Source of the DNA: a virus | Taxonomy: Duplodnaviria; Caudoviricetes | Length of the DNA: 64,000 nt | IMG/VR virus record: IMGVR_UViG_3300037041_001930 | Strand: one strand, 5' to 3' | In this document: positions 38,821 through 48,489 of the stretch, piece by piece | Layout: every line of letters starts with the position of its first letter | Position numbering within the stretch: position 1 is the first letter of the stretch | Notes under the pieces: generated by a model | What the model was told of the DNA's origin: nothing | What the model saw: only the letters and a program-made list of their open reading frames with translations | The model's database searches: none | Translations under genes and position numbers: made by a program

Positions 38821-39855
38821 TTAGTACCCCAGGATCGTCTTGATTTCGCCACAAGTCTCGACTACGATAGGTTTCGCGGTTTTCCCCGCAACAATGAGAG
38901 ACCGCGCACGTAGAGTAATCGTGTCAAGAATTGGTGTAGTCACTGCCACCGCTTTGGTTCGTGCTGGAAACAGAGTGTCTCCGGCATGGTCGTGATTGCA
39001 GGGGGGCTGTGGTGGCCACTCTGTGAGATCACATGGTCCGATTTCCCCTGTGGGGCCCCTGGGTCCCGTGAGAACCCTCCCCTGGGGTCCCTGATCACCT
39101 GTATGACCAGTATCCCCCTGCGGCCCCATCGGTCCGAATCCACCATCCTTACCTGGTACCCCCTGGGTACCGCGTCCTCCCGGTGGCCCCTGGAGTCCCC
39201 GCTCACCCAGGGGTCCCTTGTTTCCCTGGGGGCCCTGGGGGCCCTGGGGGCCCGTTGATGACTTGCCGTCTGGACCTCGAGGTCCCGTGATTCCCTGGGG
39301 GCCTTGTGGACCCACACCAGTGGATCCCCGTGGCCCCTGGATCCCCCTGATCCCCTTGATACCGGGATCCCCCTGGTGTCCGCGTGGACCCTGGTCACCT
39401 TGGAGACCTGGGATTCCATCTGGACCCGGGTCTCCAGGAGGCCCCCAGGGACCCTGGGGGCCCTGGGGGCCAATATCCCCTGGTGGACCCATTTGACCAT
39501 CGCGCCCAGGATTCCCATTCTTTCCAGCATCGCCGGCATCCCCAGGAAGCCCTTTAGGTCCCTGCCGGAGTGGACCAACTGGACCCGGGTCCCCCTGGGG
39601 TCCACGGGGACCCGTGATGCCATCAAACCCAGGTATACCTGTTACCCCTGGCATACCAGTGATCCCCTGAGGGCCGGTACCCCCGGTGGCTCCTTGTGGA
39701 CCCTGAGGCCCCTGGATACCCCGTGGACCCCTAGGGCCAGATAACCCTTGTGGACCCTGAGCACCCACAGGACCACGTGGCCCCGTAGGACCCCGCGGTC
39801 CTGTTGCTCCCACTGCTCCCTTTCCAGGTAAAGGACCTAACCAGAGATCAGCCAT
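38821..39855 (-). CDS. Short collagen-like protein (344 aa) lacking the anchor domain
   Basis: Gly-X-Y from residue ~9 to ~280, then an HxH-containing C-terminal module. Confidence 0.85.
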   Translation of the reverse strand: MADLWLGPLPGKGAVGATGPRGPTGPRGPVGAQGPQGLSGPRGPRGIQGPQGPQGATGGTGPQGITGMPGVTGIPGFDGITGPRGPQGDPGPVGPLRQGPKGLPGDAGDAGKNGNPGRDGQMGPPGDIGPQGPQGPWGPPGDPGPDGIPGLQGDQGPRGHQGDPGIKGIRGIQGPRGSTGVGPQGPQGITGPRGPDGKSSTGPQGPQGPQGNKGPLGERGLQGPPGGRGTQGVPGKDGGFGPMGPQGDTGHTGDQGPQGRVLTGPRGPTGEIGPCDLTEWPPQPPCNHDHAGDTLFPARTKAVAVTTPILDTITLRARSLIVAGKTAKPIVVETCGEIKTILGY

Positions 39856-39885
39856 GGCATCACCTTGATTTCGAGATTACAGAGT

Positions 39886-42800
39886 TCATGCGATGAGATC
39901 CCACTCTACCAACGTGGTCTCCCAGTTAGTATTATCACCTGTACCTCTTGCAGATCCATCTGCTCTCAAACATAGGTAGTGGTCTGAGCCCACCCCCAGT
40001 TTCACGGCTGGAGCAAGTGCGGCAACAGGAACCGCTGCAGTGGACACCACTGTTCCGTCTGCTTTACGCCCAAAGGTTGTGATCACGTTACACGCGATCT
40101 CCACGATCCCGGTCCACGCCCCGATATTACATTGCCCGTTGGTGTTTGACCCCGTGGCGACCAGGGTGCCGTCGGCCTTCAATCCCACTGAATGCTGGGA
40201 CCCCGCTGCGATCGCGATGATACCTGTCCACCCCGAGACATTGCACTGCCCCGCGGAGTTCTGCCCCGTGGCCACAACTGTGTTGTTTGCCTTGAGGCCC
40301 AGTGTGAAATACCCTTGGTAACCCGCAGCAATAGATATCAGAGTTGTCCAGGCCCCCACGTTGATCTGCCCGTTTACGTTGGATCCCACTCCCACCGCGG
40401 TACCATTGGCTTTCCTACCCACTGAGAAGTTGGGGCCACTGGATACCTGGGCGATGTCGGTCCAGGCACCGACATTGCATTGCCCATAATCGTTCAACCC
40501 TGTGGCCACAACTCCACCAGAAGACAACAGCCCCAGCGTGGTCTTCGCACCACACGCGATCTGAGTTACCCCAACCCATGCCCCCACGTTACATTGGCCG
40601 ACATCGTTGTTACCCTTGGCAAAAACAACTCCATCCGCACGGAGGACAACTGTGTTTCTGCTGCCACCAGCGATTCCAATTAGGTTATGCCACCCACTAT
40701 TGAACTCGAGTTCGCCATAATAAGTGTAACCAATAGGATGGGTAGTGGACACCAGGGTTCCATCTGCTTTAACACCGACGACGGAGTATTTCCCCACAGA
40801 AATCGAGACAATGTCTGTCCACCCAGAAACATTCAGCATCCCCTTGCTATTATCCCCAACGGCGACCACTGTACCATCACTCTTTAACCCAACAGTGATG
40901 CTCTGCCCACATTTTACGGATACAAGTCCAGTCCATGTCGAGACGTTCATTTCACCATAATTGGATAAACCAGTTGCTCTTGCAGTGCCATCGGCTAGGA
41001 CGGCAACGAGATGGTGCTCCGCGATATCAAAATCAACAACATTCACGAAGCTGGCGAGGTCCAGCAGGCCACCGGGCTGGTAGTAACTGTAATCCCCACC
41101 AGTTGTCGCCAGCAGAGTCCCATTCGATTTCAAGGCGACTACACAGCCATAATGTGTACGAACCTTCGTGATTCCAGAGAACGGGAATATAGAGATCTGA
41201 CCGTCGGCATTGTTACCAGTGGCGACCACAGTGCCATCCGGCTTTAGCCCGATGGTATGTGTAGGCCCGCATGCGATCGCCGAAATCCCAGACCACGTGG
41301 TCACGTTAGTCTGGCCATCAGTGTTCTGCCCAGTGGCTACTACGGTACCGTCTGTACGCAGGCCAACCGAGTGATTCCGCCCACAGGCCACCGAGGCTAC
41401 TCCTGTCCAAGGGGTAAACCCACGAAGACCGATGTCGTTGGTACTCACCCCAACCACGGAGCCGTCTGCACGACGCCCGACGAGATGGCGAGGTCCCGCG
41501 TAGATCTCCACGATCCCGGTCCATGAGTTTGCGGCGTAGAGCGGATTCTCGGGGTTTGACGTTGAAACGACTACAGTCCCATCTGCATGCAAACCTGCCG
41601 CGAAGATATAGCCGGCAGCAATGGCCACGATCCCCGACCACATCGACACTGCATCGTAGACTTCTGAGTACCCGGTGTTCCCTGCGTACTGGACGTACCC
41701 CGAGGAGTCCAGCGCTAATGAGAAATCCTCCCCAGCTGCAATCGCGACGATACCATAGAACCAAGAAAAGTTTAACTGTCCAGAGTAGTTGCTGCCCACC
41801 CCACGAACAAATCCGCCGGAATCCAACGCTAGGGTGTGGTATGGCCCCATGGCAATCGAAACTAATCCATACCATGGGTACTGGTACCCATAGATATCGT
41901 CATATAAATTCAATTGACCGTAGTCATTCTTACCCACTGCGATCGCGTTTCCGTACTCCTCATAAATCGCAATAGTGGCGTATTCCGCGCAGTAAATCTT
42001 CTGGACACCGGACCACCCGGATACCGCGCACTGCCCATAGTTATTCAGCCCCGCAGAGAGCACGTTCCCGGCGAGTACCCCGACGGCATGCCCATTTCCA
42101 ACTGCAATGGGCCACACCCCAGGCCCCCATGTTGGAATCGCGCTGAGTTGCCCATAGGCATTACTCCCCAAGGTGAGGTACGCACCAGCGTTGTTCGTGG
42201 CAACCACGTTTTCATACCCACATGCGATATGAAACTGTGCAATAGATGACCACCCCGCGGTGTTCGTTTGCCCATAAGTGTTGTCACCTGCACCAGTCAC
42301 GGTACCGTCCGTTTTGACCCCTAAACTGTGGTTATCCCCACATGCGATATCAGTGATACCTGCCCAGCCGGATACCGCGATTTGGTTATTCGCGTTGTTC
42401 CCTGCACCCACAACAGTACCGTCAGATAGCAACCCAAGGGAGTGCGCGCCACCCCCACTAACCTTGGCAACCCCTGCCCAAGCCGAGACGTTGAGCTGGC
42501 CAGACGTGTTTAACCCAGTGGCAACAACAGTCTGATCTGCGCGGAGGCCTAGTGTGTGGTTGTACCCGCACGCCACCTGGGTAAGCGCTGCCCAGGTGGT
42601 CACATCACATTCGCCGTTCACGTTGTACCCGGTGCCCACTGCCGCGCCGTCTGCCGTCATCCCTATCGTGAACTCGAACCCGCACGCGAGCTGGGCGATA
42701 TTGGACCACCCCGATGTATTAAGCTGCCCATTGACGTTTCTACCCTTGGTTGCCACAGTCCCATCGTTTTTGATGCCAACTGTGCTCTGGTTACCAGCGG

Positions 42801-44214
42801 CGACTTGACTCACGAGGAGCCAGCCCGCCAGGTTACGCCGCCCTCCATAGTTATTACCAGCACTCAGCAGTGTACCGTCTGCACGAAGCCCGACAGACAG
42901 ACCAGTCGCCGCTGAAATAGCGATGACTTCAGACCACCCGGATACGTTACACTCCCCAGAATAATTGTAGCCAACCGCAATCGCGGTTCCGTCGGTTTTC
43001 AGACCAAGGATATGATTTCCGTTGGAGGCCACCCCTTTGATCCCAGTCCAGGCTGCACAGCCGGATTCTCCATAATAACTGTAACCCGCGAAGTAGACTC
43101 CCCCACTTGGTTTAACCGCAGCAGTGTTCTGTGTGTACCCATTCGCTGAGATTCTTTCATCGTAACTGACAGTTCCAGATGACCGAAACCAGACTTGGTC
43201 CACCGCGATATCCCACCACATGAACCCTCCTGGCTGGGAGTCATAATTCGAGCGAGGACCATCTAGCGAGGTCGCGCTTGCGACAGTACCCCCACGAGGT
43301 CCCGCTGGACCCTGGCCTCCCTGTGGACCCGTGGGACCCGTTGCACCAGGGGGTCCTTGTGGTCCTGGTGTAGTCCCCTGGGGTCCCTGGTCTCCACGTG
43401 TCCCTTGGTCTCCGCGTTGACCCCGTGGCCCCTGGGGCCCTGTTTCTCCCTGCGGACCCGTGATTCCCTTGGGGCCTACGGCACCTTGCACACCGCGAAT
43501 ACCTATAGGCCCTTTGGGGCCCAGTGGTCCCTGGATACCATCTAACGGTGGTATACCAGGGATCCCACGTGGACCGGGTTCTCCAGTGGGACCGCGAGAT
43601 CCGGGGGCGCCTGAGACAGGTATCCAGTCAGAAAGTGTGCGAGTCCTGGGGGATACCACACATCTCAGGAGTTCATTGGTGTCCGTGTTGATCCAGCGAT
43701 CTCCACCATTGTAATCCGCGTTGGCCAGGATCTCAGTGGTGCCCCCGATGAACTCTCGAACCGCGATCCCAGTACCCGCGACGCGGTCTAATAGGGGTAC
43801 AACCCAATCAGATCCCGTCCACTCGTAGAACTCATTATCGTCTGTATCAAACCATGTCTTACCGACATCCTGCGCAGTAAGGGTCATCTCACCAAGGAGT
43901 AGGCGCTCAATGGTGTCGCCCTCGCCGACCTGGAGTTCCGTGATATGCGCCGCTAATATGCTAAGCCCGCAGTAGGCCCCTGCGGGATGGCTGCTACGCG
44001 GTGTACCCATCATAGCACGTTCGGACAACATCAGGGCATGGTCAGTCTTCGAGCTATATCTAACTATCTCAGTGATCCCCGGATTCACCGTCGCGATGAC
44101 AACCACGCCCTGTGCAGGAAACAGTTCTGTATCTGCGACATGAGCTATGGTGCCCTCAGCGTCTAACACGGAGGTCAACTTGGTCAAAGCGTTGTTGGAT
44201 ACTGGTAATGGCAT
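39886..44214 (-). CDS. Collagen-like fibre protein B (1442 aa) ending in 28 RCC1/BLIP-II repeats
   Basis: Short collagen segment, then repeats of H[ST][LV]GL..DGTVVA.G.N..GQ.NV..W.GI..IA.G. Confidence 0.9.
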   Translation of the reverse strand: MPLPVSNNALTKLTSVLDAEGTIAHVADTELFPAQGVVVIATVNPGITEIVRYSSKTDHALMLSERAMMGTPRSSHPAGAYCGLSILAAHITELQVGEGDTIERLLLGEMTLTAQDVGKTWFDTDDNEFYEWTGSDWVVPLLDRVAGTGIAVREFIGGTTEILANADYNGGDRWINTDTNELLRCVVSPRTRTLSDWIPVSGAPGSRGPTGEPGPRGIPGIPPLDGIQGPLGPKGPIGIRGVQGAVGPKGITGPQGETGPQGPRGQRGDQGTRGDQGPQGTTPGPQGPPGATGPTGPQGGQGPAGPRGGTVASATSLDGPRSNYDSQPGGFMWWDIAVDQVWFRSSGTVSYDERISANGYTQNTAAVKPSGGVYFAGYSYYGESGCAAWTGIKGVASNGNHILGLKTDGTAIAVGYNYSGECNVSGWSEVIAISAATGLSVGLRADGTLLSAGNNYGGRRNLAGWLLVSQVAAGNQSTVGIKNDGTVATKGRNVNGQLNTSGWSNIAQLACGFEFTIGMTADGAAVGTGYNVNGECDVTTWAALTQVACGYNHTLGLRADQTVVATGLNTSGQLNVSAWAGVAKVSGGGAHSLGLLSDGTVVGAGNNANNQIAVSGWAGITDIACGDNHSLGVKTDGTVTGAGDNTYGQTNTAGWSSIAQFHIACGYENVVATNNAGAYLTLGSNAYGQLSAIPTWGPGVWPIAVGNGHAVGVLAGNVLSAGLNNYGQCAVSGWSGVQKIYCAEYATIAIYEEYGNAIAVGKNDYGQLNLYDDIYGYQYPWYGLVSIAMGPYHTLALDSGGFVRGVGSNYSGQLNFSWFYGIVAIAAGEDFSLALDSSGYVQYAGNTGYSEVYDAVSMWSGIVAIAAGYIFAAGLHADGTVVVSTSNPENPLYAANSWTGIVEIYAGPRHLVGRRADGSVVGVSTNDIGLRGFTPWTGVASVACGRNHSVGLRTDGTVVATGQNTDGQTNVTTWSGISAIACGPTHTIGLKPDGTVVATGNNADGQISIFPFSGITKVRTHYGCVVALKSNGTLLATTGGDYSYYQPGGLLDLASFVNVVDFDIAEHHLVAVLADGTARATGLSNYGEMNVSTWTGLVSVKCGQSITVGLKSDGTVVAVGDNSKGMLNVSGWTDIVSISVGKYSVVGVKADGTLVSTTHPIGYTYYGELEFNSGWHNLIGIAGGSRNTVVLRADGVVFAKGNNDVGQCNVGAWVGVTQIACGAKTTLGLLSSGGVVATGLNDYGQCNVGAWTDIAQVSSGPNFSVGRKANGTAVGVGSNVNGQINVGAWTTLISIAAGYQGYFTLGLKANNTVVATGQNSAGQCNVSGWTGIIAIAAGSQHSVGLKADGTLVATGSNTNGQCNIGAWTGIVEIACNVITTFGRKADGTVVSTAAVPVAALAPAVKLGVGSDHYLCLRADGSARGTGDNTNWETTLVEWDLIA

Positions 44215-44236
44215 GGTTCTGTCCGGGGTGTGTTAG

Positions 44237-47200
44237 TTAATTCTCGATGACTTCTGAACCAATCAATGGGTTACCTGGCAGACCGCTTCCTGGTGTCTTC
44301 GTGTGGAATTTGCAGTCCGGGAGATGTCGCTCGAGGACCCATGTCGTGGTCTTCCCGCGAATCACGATGACGAGTGTGGCTAAACAATCATTTTTTTCAT
44401 CGAATGTTAGATGGGCATTGAGAACTGTACTGCCACCCGGTAAGCCTTCACAAGTCAGATCGAAAGACCCCACGTCGAGTACCCATTTCCTGGGAAATGA
44501 CTGTCTCAACCTCAGGTTGAGATTGCAGTCTCCAATTGATGGAATTTCAATGATACTGAAGTTAAAGTCAAACTCTGTCGGAGGCATACTGCACCCGCAC
44601 TCTTCGTAAGGGGTGCTTGACCCGCTTGAGTGATGGGATCCACTGGAGACATGGGACCCACTTGAGTGATGGGATCCACTGGAGACATGGGACCTACTTG
44701 AGTGATGGGATCCACTGGAGACATGGGACCCACTAGAATGGTGAGACCCACTGGAGGCATGCGCCACACTGCGCGACTTACCACTAGAAACCGATCGGCT
44801 GGATCCGTGTCCTGATGGTTGGCTATGTGGCTGACTATGTGGCTGACTATGTGGCTGACTATGTGGCTGACTATATGGCTGACTGTATGGCTGACTCAGG
44901 CAGCAGCCACTTCTCACAGGTCCCTTCCAACCTGTTGGTGGGTTTGTATTGGGGTCTGGTGGATTACCGGCTTCAGGTGACACCTCTCGCATCACATATC
45001 TCGTACAGTCAAACTGCGTGCAGGGATCCACTATCACAGATTTCATATACACGAATCGGCAAGGATCTGGATCTGCGACAGGGTCCAGCGTTATGTCGGC
45101 GACACTGACCCCTTCTCCACCGTCGTGTGTGCAGACCACACATGTACCCACACATTTGATTCTATCTCCGGTATCCGTGAACCGCATTGTGCCAACTACT
45201 TGAACCTCGGCACCTGGATACCAACCATCGGGGACGTCTCTGAACGGCCCAGCCCAGACTACCCTATCTGTGAGTTCCCATAACATAGTATCACAGTTAA
45301 ACGTGTACTCACTGATCACGAGTTCCTTCATGAGATCGCAGTTGCATTCGCATGGGTGGCTATATGGCTGACTGTGCGAATGACTCGAATGACGTGATGA
45401 CCCAGAGTGTTTACCACTGGGGGTGTGCGATGACCCAGAATGTAGATGTGATGACCCAGAGTGTTTACCACTGGGGGTGTGCGATGACCCAGAATGTAGA
45501 TGTGATGACCCAGAGTGTTTACCACTGGGTAAGTGGGATGACCCACTGGGTAAGTGGGATGACCCACTGGGTAAGTGGGATGACCCACTGGGTAAGTGGG
45601 ATGACCCACTGGGTAAGTGGGATGACCCACTGGGTAAGTGGGATGACCCACTGGGTAAGTGGGATGATCCACTGGGTAAGTGGGATGACCCACTGGGTAA
45701 GTGGGATGACCCACTGGGTAAGTGGGATGACCCACTGGGTAAGTGGGATGATCCACTGGGTAAGTGGGATGATCCACTGGGTAAGTGGGATGACCCACTG
45801 GGTAAGTGGGATGATCCAGATGGTTGCTGGGATGACCCAGATGGTTGCTGGGATGACCCACTGACAAGTCCCGATCCCGATCCCGATCCTGATCCTGATC
45901 CCGATCCCGATCCCGATCCTGATCCTGATCCCGATCCCGATCCTGATCCTGATCCCGATCCCGATCCTGATCCTGATCCTGATCCCGATCCCGATCCCGA
46001 TCCCGATCCTGATCCCGATCCCGATCCCGATCCCGATCCCGATCCCGATCCCGATCCACTTTGAGTAGGACACTCAGTTACATCACAGTCACATTCGGGG
46101 CCAGCTCCGCATGGAACAAGAACACCGATGCACTTGAACCCAGTTGATACGCATGCTTTGATTACGTCTGGGCACCAACCCACCCCATCAACAGTGAGTG
46201 TGTTCGTCAAACCTAGAGTGGCGTCTAGTGTGGTCGTGCAGAGATTCTCGGTGATTACTGCCTCCGGTGCTAAACTATCCCCTCCATCCTTTGGATCCCC
46301 TGTACCAAGGATTCCATCACATATGCAATCACTCTTGCAGTGTTGATGTGGTGCGCACTCTGGTTTGCCTACGGCGTCCCCGAGATCGCCACGTGGACCC
46401 GTGGGTCCAGTGATGCCATCAGGGCCTACTAATTCGGCTGCAGCTGGACCAACGGGTCCAGTGGGTCCCGTGTCGCCAGCGGGGCCCATTAATCCAGGGA
46501 CACCATCGAAACCCTGTATGCCGCGTGGTCCTGTTTGGGTCCCGTCAGGACCAGTGAGTCCACGTGGGCCCACGTCTCCGACTTCCCCTTTTGGACCCGG
46601 GATTCCCTGTGGACCCGTGCTACCGTCTGGGGGGCCATCATAATCGTTACCACGTGGGCCAATTGGACCCGTGATACCACGTGGGCCAGTCACTGAAACC
46701 CCTACGTCTCCCCTCTCACCCCTATCACCTTGTTCACCGGTGGCACCGGGTGGGCCTGTTGGTCCAGGTAACCCCCTCGGTCCTTTTATTACTTTTCCCA
46801 TGGGTCCGCGGGCTCCACGTGGACCCTGAATACCGGCGGGCCCCTGGGGTCCCTGGGGGCCCGGACCACCGGGGTTTCCTGGTGCCCCATCTGCACCAGG
46901 GGCACCCTGTGGACCCTTATCGCCCTGAGGTCCTTGTGGACCCGGGTTTACCTGTGGAGGCCCCTTGAGGCCTTGTAAACCCTGGGGCCCAGTGGGACCG
47001 ACACCAGTTATACCTTGCGGTCCCTGGGGTCCCTGCTGCCCTGGGGGCCCCTGCGGACCCACTGGACCCTCGAGTCCAGTGTTTCCTGGAACACCCTGCT
47101 CGCCCTGGGGCCCCACGGCGCCGTCGATGCCACGCGGGCCCGTGTAACCCTGTGCCCCCTGGAGACCCTGGGGCCCCTGGGGGCCTTGGTCGCCTTGTCG

Positions 47201-48148
47201 TGCAGTCAGACCTGAACCAGTGGGCCCCTGCGGTCCCGTGATACCCTGGGGTCCCCGGGGTCCCGTGGCACCGGCAACACCAGTCAAACCCTGTGGCCCC
47301 GTGAGTCCCTGGGGCCCAGTGGGACCCTGTAAACCCTGATAACCCATGGGACCCTTGGGACCCAGGGGTCCCATGATCGGCGATGTGTCTCCAATAGGCC
47401 CCTGGACCCCCTCAGGGCCTACTTCACCGATGTCACCTCGTGGTCCCTGTGGCCCCGTGGACCCCGGCGTTCCTGGTCCGGTGTCACCACGGGGCCCCGT
47501 GGGACCAAGAGGTCCCTGTGGCCCCGTGGCGCCAACAAGAATCGGAGACCAGTCCGATAACTGTCCCGTTGGGGTCACCGTACAAATATGTAGAGTGTTG
47601 TCGTCTACCCTTAACCAGCGATCTCCAAAAGAATATGGAAGATCCACAATATCTTCAGCCGGTGCTATGAAATCCTTTATACTCCGGCTTGGCCCAGTTT
47701 TCCCACTACCATGTGTTAGCACGGCAGCATTAAACTTGCTGCCATCCCACCTCGTAAATATATCCCCTGGGGTGTCTAGGTAGATGTATCCACGTTCACG
47801 TAACCCCAGGGTCAACTCGGCACGCTGCTCCGGAGTCATTTCATGAATCCGGAGTTCCTGGATGTGTTCAGCTGTAATCGTGGACCACAGCTTGGTACCG
47901 ATGTCCCATGCCCTCGGCGTCGTGCCCCCGAACCCACGACCATTCTGCGGCAGGAGTTCAACGAAGAGGAGCCCTGCACCAACGTTCTTGTTTGACAGCC
48001 GGATGAGTTCGACCCCGGTGGAACGTGACCCCAGGGCAACAATAATTGGTGTCGCTATCTTGGAGGCGTCGCTGACTTCGATCACGGTTCCCGAGACCCC
48101 CAGCGGGGCCGTAAGCGTGACAACGGCGTTGTTCTGGATCGGTAGCAC
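44237..48148 (-). CDS. Collagen-like fibre protein C (1303 aa) with Ser/Gly/His tandem repeats and Cys-rich modules
   Basis: Anchor, collagen (~46380-47540), then (SG)n, (SGSSHLP)n, (SQPH)n and (SGSHxS)n. Confidence 0.85.
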   Translation of the reverse strand: MLPIQNNAVVTLTAPLGVSGTVIEVSDASKIATPIIVALGSRSTGVELIRLSNKNVGAGLLFVELLPQNGRGFGGTTPRAWDIGTKLWSTITAEHIQELRIHEMTPEQRAELTLGLRERGYIYLDTPGDIFTRWDGSKFNAAVLTHGSGKTGPSRSIKDFIAPAEDIVDLPYSFGDRWLRVDDNTLHICTVTPTGQLSDWSPILVGATGPQGPLGPTGPRGDTGPGTPGSTGPQGPRGDIGEVGPEGVQGPIGDTSPIMGPLGPKGPMGYQGLQGPTGPQGLTGPQGLTGVAGATGPRGPQGITGPQGPTGSGLTARQGDQGPQGPQGLQGAQGYTGPRGIDGAVGPQGEQGVPGNTGLEGPVGPQGPPGQQGPQGPQGITGVGPTGPQGLQGLKGPPQVNPGPQGPQGDKGPQGAPGADGAPGNPGGPGPQGPQGPAGIQGPRGARGPMGKVIKGPRGLPGPTGPPGATGEQGDRGERGDVGVSVTGPRGITGPIGPRGNDYDGPPDGSTGPQGIPGPKGEVGDVGPRGLTGPDGTQTGPRGIQGFDGVPGLMGPAGDTGPTGPVGPAAAELVGPDGITGPTGPRGDLGDAVGKPECAPHQHCKSDCICDGILGTGDPKDGGDSLAPEAVITENLCTTTLDATLGLTNTLTVDGVGWCPDVIKACVSTGFKCIGVLVPCGAGPECDCDVTECPTQSGSGSGSGSGSGSGSGSGSGSGSGSGSGSGSGSGSGSGSGSGSGSGSGSGSGSGSGSGSGSGSGLVSGSSQQPSGSSQQPSGSSHLPSGSSHLPSGSSHLPSGSSHLPSGSSHLPSGSSHLPSGSSHLPSGSSHLPSGSSHLPSGSSHLPSGSSHLPSGSSHLPSGSSHLPSGSSHLPSGKHSGSSHLHSGSSHTPSGKHSGSSHLHSGSSHTPSGKHSGSSRHSSHSHSQPYSHPCECNCDLMKELVISEYTFNCDTMLWELTDRVVWAGPFRDVPDGWYPGAEVQVVGTMRFTDTGDRIKCVGTCVVCTHDGGEGVSVADITLDPVADPDPCRFVYMKSVIVDPCTQFDCTRYVMREVSPEAGNPPDPNTNPPTGWKGPVRSGCCLSQPYSQPYSQPHSQPHSQPHSQPHSQPSGHGSSRSVSSGKSRSVAHASSGSHHSSGSHVSSGSHHSSRSHVSSGSHHSSGSHVSSGSHHSSGSSTPYEECGCSMPPTEFDFNFSIIEIPSIGDCNLNLRLRQSFPRKWVLDVGSFDLTCEGLPGGSTVLNAHLTFDEKNDCLATLVIVIRGKTTTWVLERHLPDCKFHTKTPGSGLPGNPLIGSEVIEN
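44625..44757. repeat. 36 bp (2 x 18 bp) tandem repeat encoding SGSHVS/SGSHHS
   Basis: Three near-identical 36 bp units from 44625 plus a degenerate unit. Confidence 0.9.
44821..44896. repeat. 12 bp tandem repeat encoding SQPH/SQPY
   Basis: GGCTGACTATGT, about 6 copies. Confidence 0.9.
45394..45521. repeat. 54 bp tandem repeat encoding SGSSHTPSGKHSGSSHLH
   Basis: Two full units (45394-45501) and a partial third. Confidence 0.9.
45522..45857. repeat. 21 bp tandem repeat: 14 x SGSSHLP plus 2 x SGSSQQP
   Basis: CCACTGGGTAAGTGGGATGA(C/T) x14 over 45522-45815, then two variant units. Confidence 0.95.
45871..46058. repeat. 6 bp tandem repeat GATCC(C/T) x ~31 encoding (Ser-Gly)n
   Basis: Uninterrupted hexamer array with synonymous C/T variants. 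Confidence 0.95.
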
Positions 48149-48159
48149 TGGAGCCCCTG

Positions 48160-48480
48160 TTAGATCGTAGTGGCCACGAGAGCCTTGGTCTTCCTGACTT
48201 CATCGACATATCCGCGTAACACGACTTTATTGCGGTAGACATCCCCCGTGGACAGGACTCGGAATCTCACGATGGCCTGGGTGAACCCGATGATGGGGTC
48301 GACCACATTGGCCAAGGAGAACGTGTAGAGCCCGGGGTCCAGCAGACACTCCTGCGCCATGTTATCGGAGAGCGCAAGGAGTGTCATGGTTTCCATATTC
48401 AGGATCTGGACCTCGACGGCACCGAGCCCCGGCTGGAACTCGGCACCAACAATCACAGTCTCATGGCCGTCATATCTCAT
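48160..48480 (-). CDS. Small Ig-like hypothetical protein, 106 aa
   Basis: RBS AAGGA; beta-rich (PGLYTFSL). Confidence 0.65.
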   Translation of the reverse strand: MRYDGHETVIVGAEFQPGLGAVEVQILNMETMTLLALSDNMAQECLLDPGLYTFSLANVVDPIIGFTQAIVRFRVLSTGDVYRNKVVLRGYVDEVRKTKALVATTI

Positions 48481-48489
48481 AGTGTTTCC

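Noticed and set aside
39886-43140. Diversity-generating retroelement target in the RCC1 fibre
   Set aside because: No reverse transcriptase and no near-identical template repeat with A-specific mismatches in the window; repeats are diverged at all positions. It cannot be excluded outside the window.
45871-46058. About 31 consecutive GATC sites as a methylation or restriction decoy array
   Set aside because: Fully explained by TCR-GGA codons for Ser-Gly; GATC is common throughout this GC-rich sequence and no methylase is in the window.
45328-46073. Overlapping ORFs in several frames (poly-DR, poly-DP, poly-IG, PLGKWDD)
   Set aside because: A consequence of short stop-free tandem repeats; only the frame continuous with the 1303 aa fibre has context support.
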